Shown one piece after another: positions 8,815 to 15,910 of a stretch of 64,000 bases of DNA. The notes under the pieces are model-generated. The model did no database searches and was not told where the DNA came from. It saw only the letters and a list, made by a program, of their open reading frames with translations. Origin of the DNA: an uncultured Nitrospirales bacterium (GTDB lineage: Bacteria > Nitrospirota > Nitrospiria > Nitrospirales > NS-4); contig CAYYLQ010000012.1 in the NCBI GenBank assembly GCA_964472655.1, forward strand, positions 5,124-69,123, in the 5' to 3' direction. A program made the translations under genes and the position numbers. Position 1 is the stretch's first letter. Each line of letters starts with the position of its first letter.

Positions 8815-10856
8815 GACGGCTTGTTGCCGATCAAACTCTCGATGATGTCCTTGAGGTTGCCGGTCTTCATGGCCTCTTCCATGTAGCCCTTGGCCTGCTC
8901 GATCCCCTCTTCCGCGATCTCGTGGGTGATCGTCGTCGCGGCGATCTTCGCGGCGTGCTTCTCGATCAGGGCTTTCGTGCAGTCGCGCATGTAGCCGGCG
9001 GGCGCGCGCTCCAGACGGGCCACGGCGTCGGCGGTCCAGGTGTAGAGGGAGGAGGCCGGTTTGGATTCGGCCGGCGCCGCCTTCTGCTCGGCAGGGGGAA
9101 ACGCGCCGGTGCCCTTGTTGGCGAAGATCGGGGTGTACTCCTCGCTGGCCGCCTCGTCGATGTGGGGCTTGGCGTACTCCAGCGTGATCGTCGTCATACC
9201 CATCTTGCGGGCCGTCTTCTCGATCTTGGCCTTGGCGCGGCGCCGCTGGAATCCGGCCGGAACCGCGCGGATCGCCTCCTTCGCGTCCTTCGTCCATTGC
9301 ATCGGCACGTCGTCGTAGGCCAGCTCGGTCTCGAGCACGCCTTCGGTCTTGGCGGCCGCTTCGAACATGCTCTTGTCGATCAGCTTGAATTTGCCGCCTG
9401 CCGCCTTGCAGATCGGGCATGCGACCGGCTGGTCGCCCTTGGCCGTATAGCCGCACCCGCCGCACAGGTAGTAGTTTTGCTTCATCCGGTCGAGGTAGGC
9501 CTGCGTGCCGGGGCTGACGGCCGGTTTCTCTTCCACGATGCCGCTCATCATGCCCGACAGGGTGGAGCCGATCATGTCGCGGGCCACGCCCTCGTCGGCC
9601 TTCATCTTGTTGCGGTCGATGCCCTGCTCGTCGAGCGTGGAGCCAAGCTGCTTCATGGCCTCCATGGCGCCCTTGGGGAGAATGTGCCCGACGGCCGCGT
9701 CCACCACCGAGTTGCTGATGATCGTATGGCCCTTCTCGATCGCGTAGCGGTGAATGGCGGTCTTGGCCACGCCGCGGGCGAACACGGGGATCTTCTCCAT
9801 CCGCCGCAGGGCTTCCTCGGTCCAGGCGATGGTGTATTCGGCCTGCTGGTCGATCGGCGGCACGTACTTCTTGTTGGAGATCATCACGTGGCACTCGGAC
9901 ATCCGGAGCAGATTTTCGGCGTTCGAGCCGATGTCCATGTCCTCGTCGCTGTGGACGCCGATGCGGCCCATCACGAGCATCCAGGGCTTCTCCCGGCGGA
10001 CGAACTGGAGGACCTTCTCGAAGGCCTTGCCGTCGAGGAGCGTCGTCTTGATGTCCTGGCCCTCGGCCTGGGCGATCTCGCGGGCGATGTCCAGGTGCGC
10101 CTGGTAGATCTTGGCCAGTCCGCTGTCGATGATCTCCTCGTGCAGCTTCTCCTGTTCCTTGAAGCGGAAGACCTTGCCGGCTTCCTCGTTGAGGACGCCG
10201 GAGATGCTGTGGAAGGCGGCGTAGTGGAAATAGGGATCGAAGGCGGAGATGGCCTCCACCGGTTTGTTCATGGCCTTGCCGAGCGCCAGCGCGGTCTTGA
10301 GGCCGCCGAAGGAATAGTGGCTGCCGTCCAGCGCGACCACGATGGAGCCGCCGTTCATCGGGTGGGTGTTCTTGATGATGAGCATGTCCGACGTGCGCAC
10401 GCGGCGGACGACGCGCTCGGTGACGCCCCCGATGACGCTGTCCTTGACGGCGCCGACGCCCAGGGCGCCCATGATGACGAGGTCGTAGGCGTTGGTGTTG
10501 ATGTCCTCGACGAGGACCTTGAAGTTGCGGCCTTCCAGGGACCGGCGTTCGACCGGAATGTTCGCTTCGGCAGTCTTCTTGTCCACGATGTCGAGGTAGG
10601 AGTCGGTGATGATCTGGAGGCCGCGGGTGATCAGCGAATCGTGGATCTGACGCTGCCGCTCCAACTCGTTCTCGTCGTGGTATTCCTCGGGGAGGCCCGC
10701 TTCCATCTGCTTGAAGCGTTTGTCGTGCATCTTGGCCGCATACACGTGGCTGCCCACGAGTTTGGCCCCGAAGGTTTTGGCCAACGAGACTCCGACGTCC
10801 AGCGCCATGTTGGAGTAGTCGGAGTTGTCAACCGGGACGTAGATCGTCTTGTACAT
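8811..10856 (-). CDS. Multidomain protein: two universal-stress-protein domains, a zinc ribbon and three PCP_red-like repeats
   Basis: 681 aa. USP-type starts 'IYVPVDNSDYS' and 'IVVALDGSHYS'; ribbon 'CGGCGYTAKGDQPVACPIC'; repeats 'AWTEEALRRMEKIPVFARG', 'QWTKDAKEAIRAVPAGFQR' and 'TWTADAVARLERAPAGYMR'. AAGGAG lies 5 nt before ATG 10856. Confidence 0.85.
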   Translation of the reverse strand: MYKTIYVPVDNSDYSNMALDVGVSLAKTFGAKLVGSHVYAAKMHDKRFKQMEAGLPEEYHDENELERQRQIHDSLITRGLQIITDSYLDIVDKKTAEANIPVERRSLEGRNFKVLVEDINTNAYDLVIMGALGVGAVKDSVIGGVTERVVRRVRTSDMLIIKNTHPMNGGSIVVALDGSHYSFGGLKTALALGKAMNKPVEAISAFDPYFHYAAFHSISGVLNEEAGKVFRFKEQEKLHEEIIDSGLAKIYQAHLDIAREIAQAEGQDIKTTLLDGKAFEKVLQFVRREKPWMLVMGRIGVHSDEDMDIGSNAENLLRMSECHVMISNKKYVPPIDQQAEYTIAWTEEALRRMEKIPVFARGVAKTAIHRYAIEKGHTIISNSVVDAAVGHILPKGAMEAMKQLGSTLDEQGIDRNKMKADEGVARDMIGSTLSGMMSGIVEEKPAVSPGTQAYLDRMKQNYYLCGGCGYTAKGDQPVACPICKAAGGKFKLIDKSMFEAAAKTEGVLETELAYDDVPMQWTKDAKEAIRAVPAGFQRRRAKAKIEKTARKMGMTTITLEYAKPHIDEAASEEYTPIFANKGTGAFPPAEQKAAPAESKPASSLYTWTADAVARLERAPAGYMRDCTKALIEKHAAKIAATTITHEIAEEGIEQAKGYMEEAMKTGNLKDIIESLIGNKPS

Positions 10857-10922
10857 ACCGTCTCCTTACCGAAACACCCGGCTGGGCCGCCGCAGTAGGA
10901 AAATTAGGGAAAGCGAGGGCGT

Positions 10923-10952
10923 ATCCTAACACCGGAATTTGAGCGATTGCAA
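10923..10952 (-). promoter_or_regulatory. Candidate sigma-70 promoter for the USP/radical-SAM/membrane operon
   Basis: The minus strand reads TTGCAA (10952-10947), an 18-nt spacer, then TAGGAT (10928-10923), about 65 nt upstream of ATG 10856. Sequence match only. Confidence 0.3.
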
Positions 10953-10965
10953 CAGTTTTCCTGGG

Positions 10966-12636
10966 TCAATGGACCTGATTTCCCGCCGATTTGCGGGAAC
11001 TGAGAATCTCGTCCAGGGTCAGCAGGACGTCTCTGCCGGAGTTCAGTTCCACCCCGCGCAGGAGATTCTCGTCGGCGTAGTGACTTTCACACCCTCCCGC
11101 CCCGGACTCTATTGCACCCGCCCGCCCCGAGCCTGCCAAGACAGGCTCTTTTCCCGTGGGACGAGTCCTTTTCCCGGTCCCCCAGGGACGCGGGTCGCGG
11201 CTGCCCGTGCGAGGACCCTGCTTCCGATTCCACGCGGCCAGACAGGCCTTGCCGATCAGCTTGTTGAGCGGGGCGGGGTTGTACAGCAGCTTCCGGATGC
11301 TGGCCGGGTTGAGCATCAGCGGGTTATAGCCAGACGTCAGATAGCCTTCTTCCAACAGCCGGTGCTCGAGGTCGGTGTTGGGCTGGATGCCGAGGAAGAA
11401 CATCATGGGGAAGACCCGTTCCTCACCCAAAAGAGCTACGACCTTCTTGTAGGATTCAATGGAGTCCCGGAGCGTCGCTTCCGTTTCGTCCGGCGCGTTG
11501 AGCGAGTAGTTCAGGATGATCTTGCCCTTGAAGCCCGCCTCGGCCAGGTAGCGGCAGCCGTCGTAGAGGCGGTCCAGCATGAAGCCCATGTGCAGGCCGT
11601 TCAGGACCTCCTGCGAGCCGGAGGTGATGGCGACTTCCAGGTCGCCGACGCCGGAGCGGACCATGAGTTTGGCGAAGTCCGCGGTGATGAGCGACGTGCG
11701 GATGTAGCCGGACCATTCGAGCTCCAGCTTGTCGGCGATGATTCGCTCCATGATCTCGGTGCATTGGGGGTAGGAGGCCTTGCCGGTGATGAACTGGGCG
11801 TCGGTGAACCAGAACCGCCGCGTGCCCCACCGGTGATAATGCTCCGAGATGTCCTTGACGACCAGCGCAGCCGGGCGGTAGCGGACAGACTTGCCTTCGA
11901 GGTACGGGTAGAGACAGAAGGCGCAATCATACGGGCACCCGCGCTTGCTCTGCACGCCGATGCAGTCATTTGTATAAGTCATGTATTGAGGAAAGATGGT
12001 CGTGAGGTAGGGCAGGTCTATGGATTGGTCGGTGAGGTCCCTGTAGCTTTGCCCCATGCCCTTGATCGTCTTCCCGTTCTGTCGCGTGATGAAGCGCTCG
12101 CCGTCGAGAGGTTTGCCTTCGACGACTTTCAGCACGGCCTCTTCGCCTTCGCCGAGAATGCCGATCGTGCCCTCCGGCAGCTTTTCGATGAGCTGGTCGG
12201 CGAAGGCGCCGAAGGCCCCGCCGCCGATCATGATCTGCGCGTCGGGGCAGGTCTTGCGGATCAGCCAGGCGTGCGCGAGGTTGGCCCGGATGCCGGAGTA
12301 GTACTGGTAGAGCGATTTGACACCGGAGAGCGAGGCGGCGAGTTTCTTGAACGGATTGTTTGAGTAGTAGAAGGTGAAGGCCTGCTCCAGCGAGGCGTCC
12401 CCTTCGTGCGGCGAGAAGATCTGGATGTCGCGCCAGGAGAAGCAGACGAGGTCGGGGCGGAAGGCCTCGGCGGTCTCGCGGACGACCTGCGCGCGCTCGC
12501 CGGGCGGGACCTGCGACAGGTCGAGGATGCGCTGGCGGACTTCCGGGTGGCGCTTGTGGATGTAGTCCGCCAGATAGGTGCAGCCGACCGGGTAGATCTG
12601 CTTGCAGGGCAGGAAGATGTAGAGGATGCTGGTCAT
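10966..12636 (-). CDS. B12-binding-domain radical SAM protein (class B-like)
   Basis: Starts at an internal ATG (aa 125 of track ORF 10966..13008, MTSILYIFLPCKQ...) that overlaps the ubiE stop (ATGA). Has an N-terminal Rossmann-like B12-type domain and CX3CX2C 'CPYDCAFC'. Confidence 0.85.
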   Translation of the reverse strand: MTSILYIFLPCKQIYPVGCTYLADYIHKRHPEVRQRILDLSQVPPGERAQVVRETAEAFRPDLVCFSWRDIQIFSPHEGDASLEQAFTFYYSNNPFKKLAASLSGVKSLYQYYSGIRANLAHAWLIRKTCPDAQIMIGGGAFGAFADQLIEKLPEGTIGILGEGEEAVLKVVEGKPLDGERFITRQNGKTIKGMGQSYRDLTDQSIDLPYLTTIFPQYMTYTNDCIGVQSKRGCPYDCAFCLYPYLEGKSVRYRPAALVVKDISEHYHRWGTRRFWFTDAQFITGKASYPQCTEIMERIIADKLELEWSGYIRTSLITADFAKLMVRSGVGDLEVAITSGSQEVLNGLHMGFMLDRLYDGCRYLAEAGFKGKIILNYSLNAPDETEATLRDSIESYKKVVALLGEERVFPMMFFLGIQPNTDLEHRLLEEGYLTSGYNPLMLNPASIRKLLYNPAPLNKLIGKACLAAWNRKQGPRTGSRDPRPWGTGKRTRPTGKEPVLAGSGRAGAIESGAGGCESHYADENLLRGVELNSGRDVLLTLDEILSSRKSAGNQVH

Positions 12637-13379
12637 TTGATTGCGACGTGGATGGCGACGATGCCGCCGCTCAGGTTGTGATAGTCGACTTGCTTGAATC
12701 CTGTTTCGCGCATCAGACGCGCCAGGTCTTCCTGATTGGGAAAGGTGCGGATCGAGGCGGGCAAGTATTGATAGACGCCGGTTGTGTCGCCGGACACTCT
12801 GGTCCCGATCCATGGCAGCAGGGTGAAGGAGTACCAGTCGTACAGTCGCCGGAGCCAGCTCACGACGGGACGCGAGAATTCCAGGCAGATGAGGCGGCCT
12901 CCGGGTTTCAGCACGCGCTTGATCTCCTGGAGGGCCTGCGACAGATCGGCGACGTTCCTCATGCAGAAGCCGGTTGTCACGGCGTCGAACGAGGCGTCTG
13001 GCACGCACAAGCGCTCGGCATTAGCCTGTACGCACACGATCTGGCGCTGCAATGTCGCCGCTCGCACCTTCTCCACTCCGATCGCCAGCATGGGTTTGTT
13101 CAAATCGGCCGCGATGATCCGGGCTTTCCCGCCAAGATGTTGCGCCGTCAGCAGAGCGAGGTCAGCGGTACCGGCTCCGACGTCCAGTACACTGCAGTCG
13201 TTAGGCGAGAGAAAGCCGACTGCCTTGCGTTTCCAGGAGTGATGCAGGCCGAGGCTTAGCAGCGAATTGTTCAGGTCGTAGTAGCGAGCGATCGACGAGA
13301 ACATCCGTTGAACGGCCTGCTCCTTCTCCGAGCCTGCCCCCGCCGGCGCCGCCTGCGTCTGTTCTTCCACTGTCAACAT
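12633..13379 (-). CDS. ubiE: Demethylmenaquinone/ubiquinone C-methyltransferase (UbiE/MenG family)
   Basis: 248 aa. Contains 'VQRMFSSIARYYDLNNSLLSLGLHHSWKR', SAM motif 'VLDVGAGTADLA', and 'NVADLSQALQEIKRVLKPGGRLICLEFS', all characteristic of UbiE/MenG. Confidence 0.9.
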   Translation of the reverse strand: MLTVEEQTQAAPAGAGSEKEQAVQRMFSSIARYYDLNNSLLSLGLHHSWKRKAVGFLSPNDCSVLDVGAGTADLALLTAQHLGGKARIIAADLNKPMLAIGVEKVRAATLQRQIVCVQANAERLCVPDASFDAVTTGFCMRNVADLSQALQEIKRVLKPGGRLICLEFSRPVVSWLRRLYDWYSFTLLPWIGTRVSGDTTGVYQYLPASIRTFPNQEDLARLMRETGFKQVDYHNLSGGIVAIHVAIK

Positions 13380-13451
13380 GGAAGCGCCATCGTATCACCC
13401 GCTGAAGACGCCGGGCAAGCAAATGAAATCTATGGTGTTTTGAAAAATCCT

Positions 13452-13480
13452 TTGCAGGATCTTTTGGGGCTATGCATAAT
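13452..13480 (+). promoter_or_regulatory. Candidate sigma-70 promoter of the nuclease gene
   Basis: TTGCAG (13452-13457), a 17-nt spacer, then CATAAT (13475-13480), followed by GGGAGG and ATG 13503. Confidence 0.4.
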
Positions 13481-13502
13481 GCCTCCCTTTGGGAGGGGGG
13501 AC

Positions 13503-14156
13503 ATGCCTGCAAAGAAGTTCCCTTATGCCAAAATAAAAAAGGCATACGTCCAGCCAAGTGTAAGGGGTCGAATTGAAGCCTTATTTCTTGATAATGTGAG
13601 GAAGATTGTTACGCGCGAACAAATACTGCAGGTCGCAAAGGATCCCAATACAGGCAAAATTCCTGAGAATTGGCATCAACGTTTATCCGAATTAAGAACA
13701 GATTCTGGTTATACAATACTCTCCTCTAGGGACACACCTGATCTGAAAGTCAGCGAATATGTTTTAAGGAGCAAGAAGAAACGAAAAACCGCTGGTCGGA
13801 GGCTTCAAATCAGTCAATCGGCCTGGAAAGTAGTTTTACTGCGCGCCAACCAAAGATGCGAATGGACTGAAAGAGGTTTAGTGTGTGGGCTAGCGGAAGG
13901 AGAACAAGATCCAATTGGAGGCGGAACTGTAAGGTTAACCCCTGATCATAAACAGCCGCATTCTGTTAATCCTAATCCCAATCCGGATATACCAGATGAT
14001 TGGCAGGCATTATGCGGACGCCATCAGGTAATGAAAAAGAACTATTGGGATGATTCTACAGGCTGGCTCAATGTGTTAGCTATAATCCAGGCAGCATCAG
14101 CAAAAGAAAAATTAAGAGTCTATACATTTCTCAAAAAATACTTTAAGGGACTCTAG
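13503..14156 (+). CDS. HNH (beta-beta-alpha-Me)-like endonuclease, probable Type II restriction enzyme
   Basis: Track ORF 13308..14156. I prefer ATG 13503 (GGAGG at 13492-13496, 6-nt spacer); ATG 13479 lies inside the predicted -10. Has Cys pairs plus 'RLTPDHKQPHS...NPNPNP...ALCGRHQVMKKN'. AT-rich, and convergent with a DNA methyltransferase 2 nt away. Confidence 0.6.
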   Translation: MPAKKFPYAKIKKAYVQPSVRGRIEALFLDNVRKIVTREQILQVAKDPNTGKIPENWHQRLSELRTDSGYTILSSRDTPDLKVSEYVLRSKKKRKTAGRRLQISQSAWKVVLLRANQRCEWTERGLVCGLAEGEQDPIGGGTVRLTPDHKQPHSVNPNPNPDIPDDWQALCGRHQVMKKNYWDDSTGWLNVLAIIQAASAKEKLRVYTFLKKYFKGL

Positions 14157-14158
14157 GA

Positions 14159-14926
14159 TTACCTCTGCCTTCTGAGTCCGAGGCGCTTTTCGGTTAACTG
14201 AATATATTCCTCAGAACAGTCGCAGAGAATGGCGCGCCGGTTTAGTAGCCTGCAAACTTCTCCCGTTGTTCCTGAGCCGCACATTGGATCGAACACTAGG
14301 TCATCTGGTTTCGTCGTCATCAAGATAAGAGGCTCAAAAACCTTTATCGGTTTTTGAGCTGGATGACCTGTCTGTTCAGCACGCCCAACGAAGCCAATAT
14401 TTAAAGGCACTTCTATCACGCTTGGAGGCCCTGGCATATAACGCAGTTTTCCTTCATTTAGTTTCTGTGTCTGCGCCCCATTCAGAAAATGTTCTGGATA
14501 CAATTTGGCATCATTTTTAGCCAGGTGAAGACAGGTATATTGTGCGGAACGCCACCCTCGGATTACTGAAGGACAATTCTTGTAGTACCAGGTTAACCAA
14601 GCTACTAGATTAAAACCAGCGGGCAAGCGGCTCAGTATTTCATAAACGATCTCTGGAAACCCCCAAAGGAAAATGTGGTCTGAAAACTCTGCAGTCTTCG
14701 AGACCACCGCAGATAACCATTCGATATAATTTTTTTGAACCCCACCTACTCCCTTGTTATACCAGGGATCAAGAATAGTAGCGGTAACAGGCTTTTGAAT
14801 TTGGGAGAGAGCTTTTATTACATCCTGAGGCGGAAGGATTAGAATTTGATTGGAGGATTTGCGTTGTTTTTTCATCCAGAAACTCTGTTGTGATGTAACT
14901 ATAGGCGTTAAAGGCATCTGAGTCAA
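14159..14926 (-). CDS. Site-specific DNA methyltransferase, beta-class (N6-adenine or N4-cytosine)
   Basis: The motif IV-like 'ILDPWYNKG' precedes SAM motif I 'FDPMCGSGTT' near the C-terminus, a circular permutation typical of beta-class amino-MTases. The track start 14926 is TTG; ATG 14917 is an alternative. Confidence 0.85.
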   Translation of the reverse strand: MTQMPLTPIVTSQQSFWMKKQRKSSNQILILPPQDVIKALSQIQKPVTATILDPWYNKGVGGVQKNYIEWLSAVVSKTAEFSDHIFLWGFPEIVYEILSRLPAGFNLVAWLTWYYKNCPSVIRGWRSAQYTCLHLAKNDAKLYPEHFLNGAQTQKLNEGKLRYMPGPPSVIEVPLNIGFVGRAEQTGHPAQKPIKVFEPLILMTTKPDDLVFDPMCGSGTTGEVCRLLNRRAILCDCSEEYIQLTEKRLGLRRQR

Positions 14927-14967
14927 TTACCTCCATGTGCGGAAGCCGATGCGGCGGGGTGGGGTGC

Positions 14968-15297
14968 TTAGGTTCGAATCGTCCGACTGAGATCGGTTGG
15001 TTTGGCTCCTAGGACGAGAAGCGAGCTAACCAGCAGGTCCATCGAGACGGACGGATCGCTCGCTTCCATCTTGGCTACTCTGGACTGGCTGGAACGCAGG
15101 CGTTTTGCGAGGTCAACCTGCGAAAGGCCGTGCCGTTGGCGGCGCTCGCGAAGGCTGCGGCTCAAGGAGAGCTTCAACTCGATGAGCGCGGCGTCGGCAT
15201 CCGACAAGCCCAGAAACTCCTGCACCGAGCCGACAGCCCATCCGGCCGCTTTGAGTTTCTCGCGCTTGCTCTTTTTCACGCCGTCGGCCCTTGCCAA
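14968..15297 (-). CDS. XRE-family HTH protein (HigA-antitoxin-like)
   Basis: 'GWAVGSVQEFLGLSDADAALIELKLSLSRSLRERRQRHGLSQVDLAKRLRSSQSRVAKMEA' matches the HigA-type XRE antitoxin family. The track start is TTG 15297, only 3 nt after the predicted -10, so in-frame GTG 15279 may be the real start. Confidence 0.8.
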   Translation of the reverse strand: MARADGVKKSKREKLKAAGWAVGSVQEFLGLSDADAALIELKLSLSRSLRERRQRHGLSQVDLAKRLRSSQSRVAKMEASDPSVSMDLLVSSLLVLGAKPTDLSRTIRT

Positions 15298-15299
15298 AT

Positions 15300-15328
15300 A
15301 CTATATGTCAAATTTGACATAATGTCAA
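15300..15328 (-). promoter_or_regulatory. Sigma-70 promoter with embedded palindromic operator
   Basis: The minus strand reads TTGACA (15328-15323), a 17-nt spacer, then TATAGT (15305-15300). The perfect 16-bp palindrome ATGTCAAATTTGACAT (15305-15320) fills the spacer, and an extra half-site ATGTCAA sits at 15322-15328. Confidence 0.55.
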
Positions 15329-15421
15329 TCGTCATCTTTTCGGCATCGCAATATTCCTTTTGACACGTAGTTGCCGGCAAAGGTTACTTTCGGCAGGACT
15401 ACTGGCGGAAGCAGATGCGAG

Positions 15422-15844
15422 CTATTCCTTGACTTCCCAGTGAGGATTCCAGGCGATTTCCCAGAGGTGGCCGTCTAAATCCTGGAAGTACCCGGCGTAG
15501 CCTCCCCAGAAGCGATCGTGCGCAGGGTCGGTGATCGTGGCGCCTGCTTTGGCGGCCTGCGCCATGACCGCATCGACTTCCTGTTTGGATTTGACGTTAT
15601 GGCCGAGGGAGAATTCCGTCGGGCTTGGCGGACTCACGGCGATCTTGGCGTCCTTGGCTAGGGATTTTTTAGGCCACAGCGCCAGGATCAAATCGTCGTT
15701 CATTTCAAAGAAGACGACGGCACCGTCCTCGAATTCCGTGCCGATGATCCCTTCCGTCGCCAGGCCCATCCCGTCGCGGTAAAAAGCCAGCGACTTTTCC
15801 AAATCCCTGACGCCCAACGTGATGAGTTTAATCCGCGGTTTCAT
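15422..15844 (-). CDS. VOC-family (glyoxalase/bleomycin-resistance fold) protein
   Basis: 140 aa. '[24 protein letters not shown]' and the C-terminal '[17 protein letters not shown]' are typical of VOC proteins. Confidence 0.85.
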   Translation of the reverse strand: MKPRIKLITLGVRDLEKSLAFYRDGMGLATEGIIGTEFEDGAVVFFEMNDDLILALWPKKSLAKDAKIAVSPPSPTEFSLGHNVKSKQEVDAVMAQAAKAGATITDPAHDRFWGGYAGYFQDLDGHLWEIAWNPHWEVKE

Positions 15845-15910
15845 AGCCTCCTCCGGAGCCGCCGCCTGGGGCTTGTGGCCTTGCGTGGCCTCAGCTTAGA
15901 ATGACGCATT

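Noticed and set aside
8815-9894. N-terminal 360 aa of track ORF 7453..9894. Analogous long 5' extensions occur on 10966..13008, 27673..28638, 34833..36797, 38420..39964, 43790..45226, 45064..46191, 57861..59474 and 59336..61006.
   Set aside because: The extensions run through the upstream gene in another frame and are Arg/Pro/Gly-rich. In each case an internal start that overlaps or abuts the upstream stop codon gives a protein beginning at the expected conserved N-terminus.
8922-10898. 658-aa plus-strand ORF
   Set aside because: It is antisense to the USP/PCP_red gene. Its translation is low-complexity and G/R/A/D/H/V-rich, as expected for a shadow frame of high-GC coding DNA, while the minus strand encodes clear domains.
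14966-14985. GGTTCGAATC string resembling a tRNA T-loop, considered as a possible tRNA remnant or att site next to the R-M island
   Set aside because: The flanking bases cannot form a T-stem, and there is no acceptor or anticodon arm. It lies at the 3' end of the XRE coding sequence (codons ...TIRT-stop).
15329-15421. Search for a HigB/RelE-type toxin gene upstream of the XRE antitoxin-like gene
   Set aside because: Only about 90 nt of non-coding DNA lie between the promoter and the VOC gene, with no ORF. The XRE gene is therefore treated as an orphan or regulator.
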